Source: Azolla caroliniana (Eukaryota > Plantae > Polypodiophyta). From it: a stretch of 64,000 bases of DNA. How positions within the stretch are numbered: the stretch's first letter is position 1; each line of letters starts with the position of its first letter. The notes beneath the pieces were generated by a model. It was not told the origin of the DNA, searched no databases, and saw only the letters and a list, made by a program, of their open reading frames with translations. The translations under genes were made by a program, and so were the position numbers. Positions 48,453 to 60,800 of the stretch are shown here, in pieces. The DNA is taken from NCBI GenBank assembly GCA_043228905.1, contig JBHGNT010000012.1, forward strand, positions 6,448,001-6,512,000, written 5' to 3'.

Positions 48453-51400
48453 TGTTGAGAGATCACGCTCAATTTAGTTTAGTTAGTTAGTCAACAATGT
48501 AACTTCGTAGTTACTAGATAGAATCTAGTTAGAAGTGTTGACTATAACGCCTTAAATAGGACCTTGTACTTAAGTGGGATATTGTAGATCCTCCACTCCT
48601 AAGTACATTTAATATAGGACTTACACATTAGTACCTATATTCTACTCACACATGTGCACCTTTGCACATGTGATGTATATATACCTCATTGTGGGTATTT
48701 TTGTATTTGATGATGATAATGCTAATTTAATATACTTACTCATCCCCCATCTTGTGTTGTTCATAAGTGTATCTCTCTGTCTGTCTCTCTTCCTCTCACA
48801 CACATACACACACATCACTTAATCTTCAACTTATTAACCTAATCACATAATTAGGTACTAATTAACCCTTGCTTAATTACTTACCTAATTCTTAACATGG
48901 TATCAGAGCATGTGGTTTAGAAAATCCAGTAAGCTCACCTGACTCCGTGATTGTGTGTTTGAGACGCCGACGACAAAATCCCGCTATCGTTACGTAGTGC
49001 CACTACGGAGCACGTACACGTGATCGAAGGAAGAAAAGCAAAAGAAGAGAAGACACAAGCAACATGAACACAGAAAAGCTAGACCGGAGCAATTATTCAT
49101 CTTGGGAGTACAAGATGACCCAATACCTCGTCGGCCAAGGGTATTGGAGCTACATTAACGACGCACTCAAAAACATGCCCAACATCACAAACGCCAACTA
49201 CCCAACATGGGAGCAAGGAGCGAGTCGGGTAATGTATTGCTTGGCAACATGTGTCCACGACCACATGCTTAGCAACATTTGAGACGCCAAGACGCCTACA
49301 GAGGCGTGGGCGAATTTAAAGAAAATTTTCGCTGCCAACACAACCGCCCGAAAGCTTCAACTCTGACTAGAGTTGAACAACATTTGGCAAAAAGACATGT
49401 CTTTGTCGAACTACACCGCCAAGATCAAGAGCATTTGCGACTCACTTGGCTCCATCAACATAAACGTCAACGAAGACGAGATGGTTCATGTATGCTTGAG
49501 CGGCCTCGCACAACGATTCGACCCATTACGGACGGCAATCTTGGCGAGAGAAAACCCTCCTTCATTCTTCGACCTCCAATCAATGCTATTGGTCGAAGAG
49601 AACCACGTCCGAACCAAAAGCAAGACGTCAGAAGGACAAATGTTCTTCTCGAATTCGAACGGTGGCCGAGGAGGAAGTTGCGGCGGTAGAAGAGGTCAAT
49701 TCGGCCCATCACACGAAGGGAACCCAAACCTTCACGGAAGCCATCAAGGAGCTTTCAGAAGAAGGGGGAGCTTCCTTTCCGAACAAGGTCGGCAAACGAC
49801 GCCCGCAACTTGCAATTATTGCGGCAAAGTCAGCCACTATGAGGCGGAGTGTCAGAAAAAGAGAAGTGAGTCGGCTTCAACAAGTTGACAACTCACAAAC
49901 TACGCGTCGAACTCCAACTACGACAATCGTAGCGGAATGTTCATGAATCACGCATCGAATTCCGACTACGGTGACCATGGCGGAATGTTCGTAATGAGGC
50001 ATAGAGTGAACTCTATGACGGCCTCCAACTCCGCAAGCACCTCCAATTCGGAAGACGTGTGGTTCGTTGATTCCGGCACCTCACATCACATGACATCCCA
50101 CAAGGAGTGGTTCAATGACTTGCGTACACCAGATCGACCCGGCTACATAGAGACGGGAGACGACACCACACATCCCATTCGACACATGGGCAATGTCCCA
50201 TTCGGGAAAGAAGGCAAGGAAACATGCATCAAGAATGTCTTGCACGTGCCCACAATAACGAATAATTTGGTCTCGGTCAGCCAAATCGTGGAGCAAGGCA
50301 TGCAAGTCCACTTCAACAACGAAGGTTGTTTCATCGAGAAAGATGGCCAACTCATAGCCAAGGGACGGAGAGATGGTCGAATGTTCATCCTCGATTCGAA
50401 CGAGGTGAAATCGGCAATGTACGCCAAAGGTCTCAAAACCAAAACAAGCATCGAGTTGTGGCACAAGAGAATCGGCCACATAAACCTCCAACAGCTTCGA
50501 GCGATGCAAACCAAGGGAGTCGTCATTGGACTTCCGACATTCGAGTCGAAACAAGTTGATCGAGTATGCGAAGCGTGTCAACTCGGCAAACAACATTGAC
50601 TCCCATTCCCATAGGGGAGCTCCGCAAGCAAAGGCCTCCTTGACGTCATACTCTCGGATGTATGGGGACCGGCTCAAACGTCGACGATTGGCGGATGCCG
50701 ATACTACGTAACCTCCATCGATGACTACTCGCGCTATGCGTGGATCTACCCGATGAAGAAGAAAAGCGAAGTTCTCTCCCACTTCCAAAAGCTCAAACGT
50801 CAAGTCCAAAAAGAAACCAGTCGGCACATTCGATGCCTACGATCAGATGGAGGAAAGGAGTACTTCTCTGACGAATTCATCTCCTACCACCAAAGTGAAG
50901 GCATTTGGAGAGAATTCTCGTGCCAACACACACCCCAAAAAAATCGAGTCGCCGAAAGGAAAAATCGGTAAATACTCGAGGTAACACGTGCCATGATGCA
51001 TGAGAAGCACATGCCGAATTTCTATTGGGCTGAAGCGGCATCCACAGCCGTCTATCTCATGAACCGGTGCACCACTAATGGAGTGCATGAGCTAACTCCA
51101 TACGAGCTCCTCATCAGAAGGAAGCCAATCCTATCGCACCTCAAGGTGTTCGGAAGCATTGTGAATGTACGCATCCCGAACGAACGACGACAGAAGCCCG
51201 ACGCGAAGTCGGAGGAATGTATCCTCATATGATACTCATCCGAGAAGAAGGTGTACAAGTGCTACAACCCTTCTACTTGAGTGGTTCGGGTAAGTCAAGA
51301 CCTAGTCTTCGACGAGTCCACATCCTAGTATGCACCAGAGACAACTTCGACTCCGACTCCGCTCGACCCGGAATACGCCGAACAAGAGGTAGAAGATGGA

Positions 51401-52240
51401 GATCGCTTCGAACACATGTTCGAAGAAAGTTCGATTACGGCAAAGCCTAGTGGGCCACAAGAGCCCCCACGTGACCCAAGCACGTCGCGGCCAAGTACGA
51501 ACTTAGAGAAAGGCAAAGGTAAGATGCCCGAATACGAAGTTGACCACCCCGACGACAATGATTCAGATGGATCGGATCCCTCACTAGATAGTGAGTTCGG
51601 TGTACCCATCATGCGTACACCCAGAGTAAAGAAGGCGACCACATCAGCGAGCGAAAAACTTTGACGCTCTTCTAGAGAGAAGAATCCCGTCACTCGGTTG
51701 GCTACAATGAGCATATGGCCCATTATTACACCTTTGCGATGAAGTTAGCGGCCGAACAAGAGCCCAAGAACTCCACTGAAGCAGCTCGTAACCCACGATG
51801 GGTGGAAGTAGTCGACCTTCGCCCACACACTACAAGCCGTCGTCATCGGCTTGAGGGGGAGGAACCGAGATTGCCACGGCGAAGCGTGTTGAGAGATCAA
51901 GATCAATTTAGTTTAGTTAGTTAGTTAGTCAACAATGTAATTTCGTAGTTACCTAGATAGAATCTAGTTAGAAGTGTTGACTATAACGCCTTAAATAGGA
52001 CCTTGTACTTAAGTGGGATATTGTAGATCCTCCACTCCTAAGTACATTTAATATAGAACTTACACATTAGTACCTATATTCTACTCACACATGCGCACCT
52101 CTGCACATGAGATGTATATATACCTCATTGTGGGTATTTTTGTATTTGATGATGATAATGCTAATTTAATATACTTACTCATCCCCCATCTTGTGTTGTT
52201 CATAAGTGTATCTCTCTCTCTCTCTCTTCTTCTCACACAC
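48453..52240 (+). mobile_element. Copia element H: gag-PR-IN only, RT/RNase H deleted; 3' LTR truncated
   Basis: LTR 48453-48897, PBS 48898-48909, gag with CNYCGKVSH zinc knuckle, WFVDSG, integrase; jumps at ~51808 to the RH tail; 3' LTR from 51887. Confidence 0.9.
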
Positions 52241-52246
52241 ATTGGC

Positions 52247-53036
52247 AAAATTATACGGACGTCGCATGCAACTAAAAGTGGACGCATGCAACTAAAAGTG
52301 GATGCATGCAATTAAAGTAAAGGTCATGTGTGGACGCAGTGAACTGAACATCAAGGGCCATGATCAACAAAGAACTCCTTATATATTCCACTCTCTCTTT
52401 TTCTCAAATTTTTTCTTCTACTTTTCTTTTCTCTCCATTGTTGGGAAAACACTATCTCATATTCATATCAAACCACTCCTTATATGGTGGCCGAATCCTT
52501 TCTTTCAAAATTATCTCTCATTTTCATATCCAATCCATTGTAACATGATTCTTATATTATAAAAGAATCTAGCACAAAACTTGGTTGGAGTTCGAAATGG
52601 GTCGTTGTGCATGGCTCAGTCACGGGTCGGTCGGGACACGCACGTGCATGTTTGGTCGCAACGCATGTACGGATTACACACGGGCCAACTTTATGGATGA
52701 TTGGATCATATGGCCGAATTATACGGACGTCACATACAACTAAAAGTGGACGCATGCAACTAAAAGTAGAGGCCATGCAACTAAAGTAATGGTCATGTGT
52801 GGACGCATGGAACTAAACATCAAGGGCCATGATCAACAAAGAGCTCCTTATATATTCCACTCTCTTTTTTTCTCAAATTTTTTCTTCTCCTTTTCTTTTC
52901 TCTCCATTGTTGGGAAAACAATCTCTCATATTCATATCAAACCACTCCTTATATGCTAGCAGAATCCTTTCTTTCAAAATTATCTCTCATTTTCATATCC
53001 AATCCGTTGTAACATGATTCTTATATTATAAAAGAA
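52247..53036. repeat. Two ~320-bp direct repeats (52247-52567, 52716-53036) with a ~150-bp GC-richer spacer
   Basis: aattatacggacgtc..gcatgcaactaaaagtgg..gattcttatattataaaagaat present twice. Confidence 0.85.
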
Positions 53037-53521
53037 TATATTATTTTGATATAAACGAATGTTTTCTTTCACCTGTGTGTCTTATGTGTAAATCTTGCTT
53101 GTGTTGTATGGGTGAGCTCTAAATCCTTCCAGTCCATAGTGATCCACACATAGTGACAGATTTTCCACGACACCGACGGACGGTGATGACAGACGTCCCA
53201 CAGCCGACTGGACAGATGGTGACAACTGGCGGACGGAGACACCAAGACAAAGAGCAGGTGAAGAAGTGGAGCAGAAGAAGGGAGCATCCTTAGTAAGAAG
53301 GATCAAGAAAGGATAAGAAGAGTAACATCAACAGGATGGAGGAAAGAAGAGAAGAAGGAGACAATGGTAGCAATAGAAAAAGGAGACAAAGGTAGCGGTA
53401 GAAGAAGCATAGAGGAATAAATATAGCCACCATAGTAGAAGGGGGAGAGAAGAAGTATAACAAAAGCAGAAAGTAGAGAGATTGCTACCTATGGCGTGTA
53501 GAACATCAAAAACAGGGAGAT

Positions 53522-53565
<44 letters not shown>

Positions 53566-55166
53566 GAATTTGATTGATTTAGAATTGTTATAGCTATTCT
53601 CTAATAAATTGTCGAGAGGCGTGTATTGTTGTTTGCTAAGAATTAGGTAATTAAGCAAGGGTTAATTAGTACCTAATTATGTGATTAAGTTAAGCGGAAG
53701 ATTATGTGATATGTGTGTGTATGTGTGTCAGAGGAATAGAGAGAGGAAGATACACTTATGAACAACACCAGATGGGGGATGATTAACTCTATATTAAATT
53801 ATCATCATCAAATACAAAAATACCCACAATAAGGTATATATACATCTCATGTGCAAAGGTGCACATGTGTGAGTAGAATATAGGTACAACCGTGTAAGTC
53901 CTATATTAAATGACCTTGGGAGTGGAGGATCTAGAATATCCTACTTAAGTACAAGGTTCTATTTAAGGTGTTATAGTCAACACTTATAACTAGATTCTAT
54001 CTAGGTAACTACGAAGTTACATGGTTGACTAACTAACTAACTCTAGTTGAGCTTGATCTCTCAACACGCCCCCTCAAGCTCAAGTGTGAGGCGTCCGGCA
54101 TCTGGTTTTGCTTTTGGTGTTGTCAGGCTTTTGATGTCGGCTTCTGTGCGGCTTTCGGCATCGGTATTTTCGTGGCAACAGTTTAGGTTCCTCTCACTCA
54201 AGCCTATGTCGAAGGCTTGGGCCGACTACTTTCACCCATTGTGGGTCACGAGCCACTTCTGTAGAGCTCTCAAGCTCTTGTTTGGCCACTACCTTCATCG
54301 CAAAGGCATAATGATGGGCCATGTACTCGTTGTAGCCGAACCGAGCATTGGGATTCTTCTCTCTAGAAGAGCGTCGAAGTTTTTCGCTCACCGATGTGAG
54401 TGCCTTCTTTACTCCAGGGTCTCCTCATGATGGGTACACCAAACTCACTGTCTAGTGAGTAAACCAACACATCTGAATCACTGTCGTTGAGGTGGTCGAG
54501 TTCGTATTCGGGCATCTTACCTTTGCCTTTGTCCAAGGTTGTACTTGGTCGTGACGTGCTTGGAATGTTTGAAGGCTCAGGTGGGCTTGGATTGTCCTAT
54601 GGTAGAGGACTTGTCCGAATGTTGTCCTCCGAGTTGACGTTCAACTCTTCCTCGGTCGGGTTTGGTAGAGCCAAATCGGGCTTATACCAAGATGCCGATT
54701 TGTCGAAGACCGTGTCTCAACTCACCTGAACCGCTCAAGTCGAAGGGTTATAGCACTTTTATGACTTCTTCTCGGACGAGTATCCTACGAGGATACATTT
54801 CTCCAACATCGACTCGGGCTTCTTTCGGTTTTCGTTCGGGATGCGTACGCAATGCTTCCGAACACCTTGAGGTGTGACAAGATCGACTTCCTTCCGACGA
54901 GGATCTCTTATGGAGTTAGCTCATGCACTCCATTACTGGTGTATCGATTCATGAGATAGAAGTCCGTAGATGCCACATCGGCCCAATAGAAGTTTGGCAT
55001 GTGCTTCTCATGCAACATGGCCCGTACTACCTTGAGTATTTGCTGATTCTTCCTTTCGGCGACTACATTTTGTTGGGGTGTGTCGGGATGAGAATTCTCT
55101 CCGGATGCCTTCACTCCTTACCTCCATCCGATCGTAGGCATCGAATGTGCCGATTGGTTTCTTTTT

Positions 55167-55587
55167 CGTGAAAGAATAGCGTGCGGAAGCAATAGAAAAC
55201 CGAACACAGAAACGCAAGTTTAATGGAGAGCTTAGGATATACACAGTACGCGGGAGAGACAGACAGAGAGAGAGCACACAAACTCCATTCAAAAGATAAT
55301 ACTCAATCTGTACATAGGATGTGCTCAGTGAGCACTTTTATACAAGTCCATACGGATTGACAAAAGTACTGACACGTACTTCAATGCTCATAAGTGAGCT
55401 CTACACTGACTCCCAAAATATATTCCTACGCGGAATATCTTCCCAATGGCTTCGCGGTTTACGTGCCACTACGGCTTCTCGTTGCGTACCGGTCTGCGCA
55501 ACGGCTTACGCACCCGGTTTTTGCACCGGTCCGGCCTAACCGATCGATCCCAACCGATCCGGCCAATGTTGAGCTTGTATCTCAACA
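55167..55587 (-). mobile_element. Solo LTR of the element-B copia family inserted in the integrase of element I
   Basis: Shares gtttaatgga..gtgctca..gagcactttta..ctgactcccaaaa..gttgagcttg..ctcaaca with B LTRs; flanked by TTTTT(CG). Confidence 0.85.
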
Positions 55588-57146
55588 TTTTTCGACTTGG
55601 CTTTTGAGGTTTTGGAAGTGGGAGAGCACGTCATTGTTCTTCTTCATCGGAAAGATCCGCGTGTAGCGGGAATAGTCATCGATGAAGGTGACATAGGATC
55701 GGTATTCGCCGATCGTAGGCGTTTGAGCCGGTCCCCATACATCCGAGTGTATGACACCGAGGAGGCCTTTGCTCGCGGAGCTCTCCTTCGGAAATGGGAG
55801 TCAATATTGTTTTCCGAGTTGACACGCTTCACATACTCGGTCGATTCATTTCGACTCGAATGTTGAAAGTTAAATGACGACTCCCTTGCTTTGCATTGCT
55901 CGAAGCCGTTGGAGGTTTATGTGGTCGATTCTCTTGTGCCACAACTCGATGTCGATGTTGGCTTTGAGGCCTTTGGCATACATGGCCTATTTCACCTCAT
56001 TCGAATTGAGGATGAACATGCAACTGTCTCTCCGTCCCTTGGCTAGGAGTCGTCCATCTTTCTAGATGAAGCATCCTTTGTTGTTGAAATGAACTTGCAT
56101 GCCTTGCTCCACGATTTGGCCGACCGATACCAAATTCTTTGTTATTGTGGGCACATGGAAGACATTCTTGATGTAAGTTTGTTCACCTTCTTTCCCGAAT
56201 GGGACATTGCCGATGTGCCGAATGGGATGTGTGGTGTCATCACACGTCTCTATGACGTCGGGTCGATCGGGTGTGCGCAAATCACTTAACCACTCTTCGT
56301 GGCATGTCATGTGATGTGAGACAACGGAATTGACGAACCACACGTCTTCCGAGTTGGAGGTGCTTGTGCACTCAGAAGCCATCATAGAGTTTTCTCTATG
56401 TCTCATTACGAATAGACCACCGTAGTCATCGTATTCGGAGTTGTTGGCGTAGTTTGTGCGTTGTCGGCTTGTCGAAGTCGACTCACTTCTCTTTTTTCGA
56501 CACTTCTCTTCGCGGTAGCTGATTTTGCCTCAATAATTGCAAGTGATGGGCCACGTTTGTCAACCTTGTTCGGCATGGAAGCTCCCCCTTCTTTCGAAGG
56601 TTCCTCGATGGCTTCCGTCTTTTTATCGAAGGTTTGAGTTCCCTTCATTTGATGGGTCGAATCAACCTTTTCTACCGCCTTGACCTTATCCTCTAGGCCA
56701 CCATCCGAATTCGAGAAGAAATTTTTTCCTCCCGATGTCTTGGTTTTGGTTTGGACGTGGTTCTTTTCAACCATTAGCATTGATTGAAGGTCGAAGAACG
56801 AAGGAGGGTTTTTCCTCGCCAAGATTTCCATTCTCAACGAGTCGAATCGTTGTGCGGGGCCGCCCAAGCATACTTGAACCATCTCGTCTTCGTCGACGTT
56901 TATTTTGATGGAGCCAAGTGAGTCGCAAATGCTCTTGATCTTGGCGGTGTTGTTTGACACGGGCATGTCTTTTTGCCGAATGTTGTTCAACTCTTGTTGG
57001 AGTTGAAGCTTTCGGGTGATCGTGTCGGCGGCGAACATTTTCTTTAAGTTTGCCCACGCTTCTTTAGGCGTCTTGGCGTCTCGAATGTGGCTAAGCATGT
57101 GGTTGTGGACACATGTTGCCAAGCAATGCATGACTCGACTCACCGT

Positions 57147-57894
57147 TGTCATGCCTTTCGGCTCCGGATCGTTGTGTGAGTCGGGTGGGAACCACCGGGG
57201 TTTTGGACTAGGAGGAGGAAGAATTTGAGGCTAATCTAGTTATGAATATGAATAGATTATAAGAAAGAGATATAGAAACCTCGTGAATCCCACGAGTGTA
57301 TTGTCTTAGATTAATCAATATTAAGATAATAATATGAATGTAGATAGAAAGATAAGAATATAGAAACCTCATGAATCCCACGGGTATAGTTTATTTCGTG
57401 AATCCCACGAATATAATTAATCGGTGGTTTTTTAGAAATATATCCAATTTCCAAATATTTCACACACTTACATTGTGTTCCTCATCCTTATATAGAGATG
57501 AGAGAGGCTTAGCAATCCATGCTTTTTCTTCTCTAACTATAGACTCCATGCTTTTGCTATAGATAGAATATATGCTTTATCTAAAGTGATCATGCTTTTT
57601 TTAACTTGTGCGTTTTTTATCAACTATGGCGTTCATGCACGCTAGATGTGTATGCATAGCTTTTTCTTTTAGCATGTGTTTTCTTTTAACTAAAGTTTAT
57701 CCTAGGTGAACTAACCTTTCTATGTGGAACATCTACTTTTGACCACTACATTATTAACATGGAGGTGCAAGGTTTGAATCTTGCCCTATGCATGTAATGC
57801 TTATTTTGATATTTTCTTCTTCTTTTTTTCTTCATATTTATTCAATCGGTTATTTTATATTATTTTCACGTAGTGTACGAAATACAGTATGACA
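57147..57894. mobile_element. Solo LTR (TGTCAT...ATGACA, 748 bp) in the gag of element I, 4-bp TSD CCGT
   Basis: Removing it and one CCGT restores TWEQTVSRVMHCL; internal repeats gaaacctcrtgaatcccacg at 57270-57410. Confidence 0.88.
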
Positions 57895-60800
57895 CCGTTT
57901 GCTCCCATGTCGCGTAGTCGGCGTTCTTTGAGTCGGGTCTATTTTCTTGTGCGCCGTTGATGTAGCTCCAATACCCTTGGCCGACAAGGTATTGGTTCAT
58001 CTTGTACTCCCAAGATGAATAATTACTTTCGTCTAGCTTTTCATTGGGGAGCGAGCTACCCAGTTGTGTCTTCATTTTGACGTAGTGACTTCCTTCTCGT
58101 CTTTCCTTCATTCGATCATGTGCTACGTAGAGGCACTATGGTAGCAGATAGTCGGATTTTGTCGTCGGCATCACAGAGTCGGATGGGCTTAGTGGATTTT
58201 CTAAACCACACGCTCTGATACCATGTTAAGATATATGTAATTAAGCAAAGGTTAAGTAGTACCTAATTATGTGATTAAGTTAAGCGGAAGATTATGTGAT
58301 ATGTGTGTGTATGTGTGTAAGAGGAAGATACACTTATGAACAACACTAGATGGGGGATGATTAACTCTATATTAAATTATCATCATCAAATACAAAAATA
58401 CCCACAATGAGGTATATATACATCTCATGTGCAAAGGTACACATGTGTGAGTAAAATATAGGTACAACCGTGTTTAAGTCCTATATTAAATGACCTTGGG
58501 AGTGGAGGATCTAGAATATCGTACTTAAGTACAAGGTTCTATTTAAGGTGTTATAGTCAACACTTCTAACTAGATTCAATCTAGGTAACTACGAAGTTAC
58601 ATGGTTTACTAACTAACTAACTCTAGTTGCGCTTGATCTCTCAACATTGTCTTATAGGACAAATGTGTCCTTTTATTTACAACAGATGTAACTGTTCATA
58701 TGACTCTTCATATCATGAGTCATGTAACTATTTTATTTATTTATTTAATTTGTATTATTTTCCTTATATTTTCTAACACTCCCCCATAAGGAAAATAATC
58801 AAAATTGCGAGTTTTTATCTTCAGTGTTTGTGTGATTAAACAATCCGATATTTTTTGCAACATTGTAAGTGCTTGTGATTTGCTACTGCCTTTGTTAAGA
58901 AATCTGCCCACATCAGAGTTGTAGGTGGGAACTTTATGTTGATCTTCTTTCCTTCAATCATGTCTCTTACGAAATGGTGCTTCATCGAGATGTGATGTAT
59001 GTTATCACTAATTCTTGGGTTGCTTGCCAGGTTTATACATGACTGATTATCACAGTAAATTTCTATTGGTTTTCCTTCAACAAAAGTAATTTCTTCCAGT
59101 ATAGCTTTTAACCACATTCCTTCTTTTGCAGCTAGAGTAGTAACAACATATTCCGCTTTTGTTGAAGATAGTGAAACTGTAGCTTGTTTTCGATCTCCAT
59201 GCAATTGCTCCTCCGGCAAAGGTGTAAACGTAGCCACTTGTGGATTTTCGGTCATCCACATCTCCTCCCCAGTCGGAGTCGGCCCATCCATGAAGAGCAG
59301 TTGAGGGGTTTGCCCACCCACACAATTTTGGTTGGATGATTCCGAATGCGTGGATTGAAAAGTAAGACACAAGTGTTTAGTATGTTAAGATATGGAAGAA
59401 TTCTCTTAAGTGCTTGCCAATGTTTAGGACCACGGTTTGTCATAAAGCGTGATAGTAGTCCAGTACTAAAGCATAGATCTGGTCTCGTGCTACTAACTAG
59501 ATATCGTATGGAGCCTATTACTTGTCTATAGGGAATGTTTTTCATTTCGGTTTCTTCTATGGGTGATTTTGGGCTATCTTTAGTGGACAACTTAAGTGAG
59601 GTAGGAAGTGGGGTAGATATGGGTTTGCAATTTTCCATGTTAAAACGTTTTAGAATATTATTGATGTATCGAGATTGTGAGAGTGATATTTGACCTAGTC
59701 TTGTATTTCATTTGACTTCTATTCCTAGAAAATAGGTCATGGGTCCAAGTTCGGTCATAGGAAATGCTGATTTTAACTCTTGTTTACAGAAATTTAAATA
59801 GGATAGAAAATTTGATAACAAGGGAAAATCATCTACATAGACTCCTAGTATGATGAGGTTAGATGCCGATTTTCTAAAACATATGTTTGGTTCACTTTTA
59901 ACTCTATTATATCCCCATTTAATAAAAAGGGTATGGAGACGATAGTACTAGGCTTGAGGTGATTGTTGTAGGCTGTAGATTGACTTCCACAGTTTGCAGA
60001 CATGTGTTTGAAGTTGTGTATTCTGGAAGTAGGGAGGTTGCTCCATATAGACTTCTTCTTCAAGGTCACCCTGTAGGAAGGCGGTTTCAACATCCAAGTG
60101 ATGAAGTTCAAGCTTTTGAGCCGCAACGATGGCCACAAGTAGTCGAAAAGATGTTATTCGGAGTGTGGGACTAAAGGTATCTGTGTGGTCTATATCTAGG
60201 TACTTGTGTGAAGCCTCGAGCAACTAGTCTAGCTTTGAAACGCACAGGTTGTCCTTGGGGGTCATGCTTTATTCGGAGTACCCATTTGCAGGTTATAATT
60301 TTACAATCGGGTGGGTTTTCTCACAAGATCTCATTTTTATTTTTGGTAAGGGAGTGCATTTCATTTTTCATTGCATTTATACAGTTATCTACATTAGGGC
60401 TTCTGAGTGCTTCTTCAACGTTGGTGGGTTCTTCGAGATTTGTATGCGTGGACTATCTTGGACGATGTTAGGTGTGTGAGCATTATCAAGATCGCTAAAG
60501 TGACACTCCAAATGGTCCAACTCTTGGTAAATATGTCAGATAGTGGTCTTAAACATCTAGGGGGTGTCGTGTAGTTGTCTTAAGTGTGTGAATGTTGGGG
60601 TTGTGGAGTGTTAGGGGAGTCTAGTTTTGTAGGGGAAGTATTGAACTTGGATTTTGTGTGTGATAGGCGTAGATGTGAACTAAATGGAGAGCTAGAGAAT
60701 GGCGAAATGTCTCTAGTTGTCGACTGTGTGTGCCGGCCTCAAATCGGTGAAAGTGGTCATGGTGTCAGTGTCTTCTGCACCTTCCTGAGGTGGAGCAGTG

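Larger units (their letters stand above)
53634..58646 (-). mobile_element. Copia element I, same family as H (gag-PR-IN, no RT/RH), inserted in the 3' LTR of J
   Basis: LTRs 53634-54066 and 58224-58646; TSD TTGTT/TTGTC; PBS 58212-58223; PPT GAGGGGGCG; RT deletion junction ~54229. Confidence 0.92.

Noticed and set aside
52247-53036. TRIM-like structure (two repeats plus short spacer)
   Set aside because: No TG..CA termini, PBS, PPT or TSD
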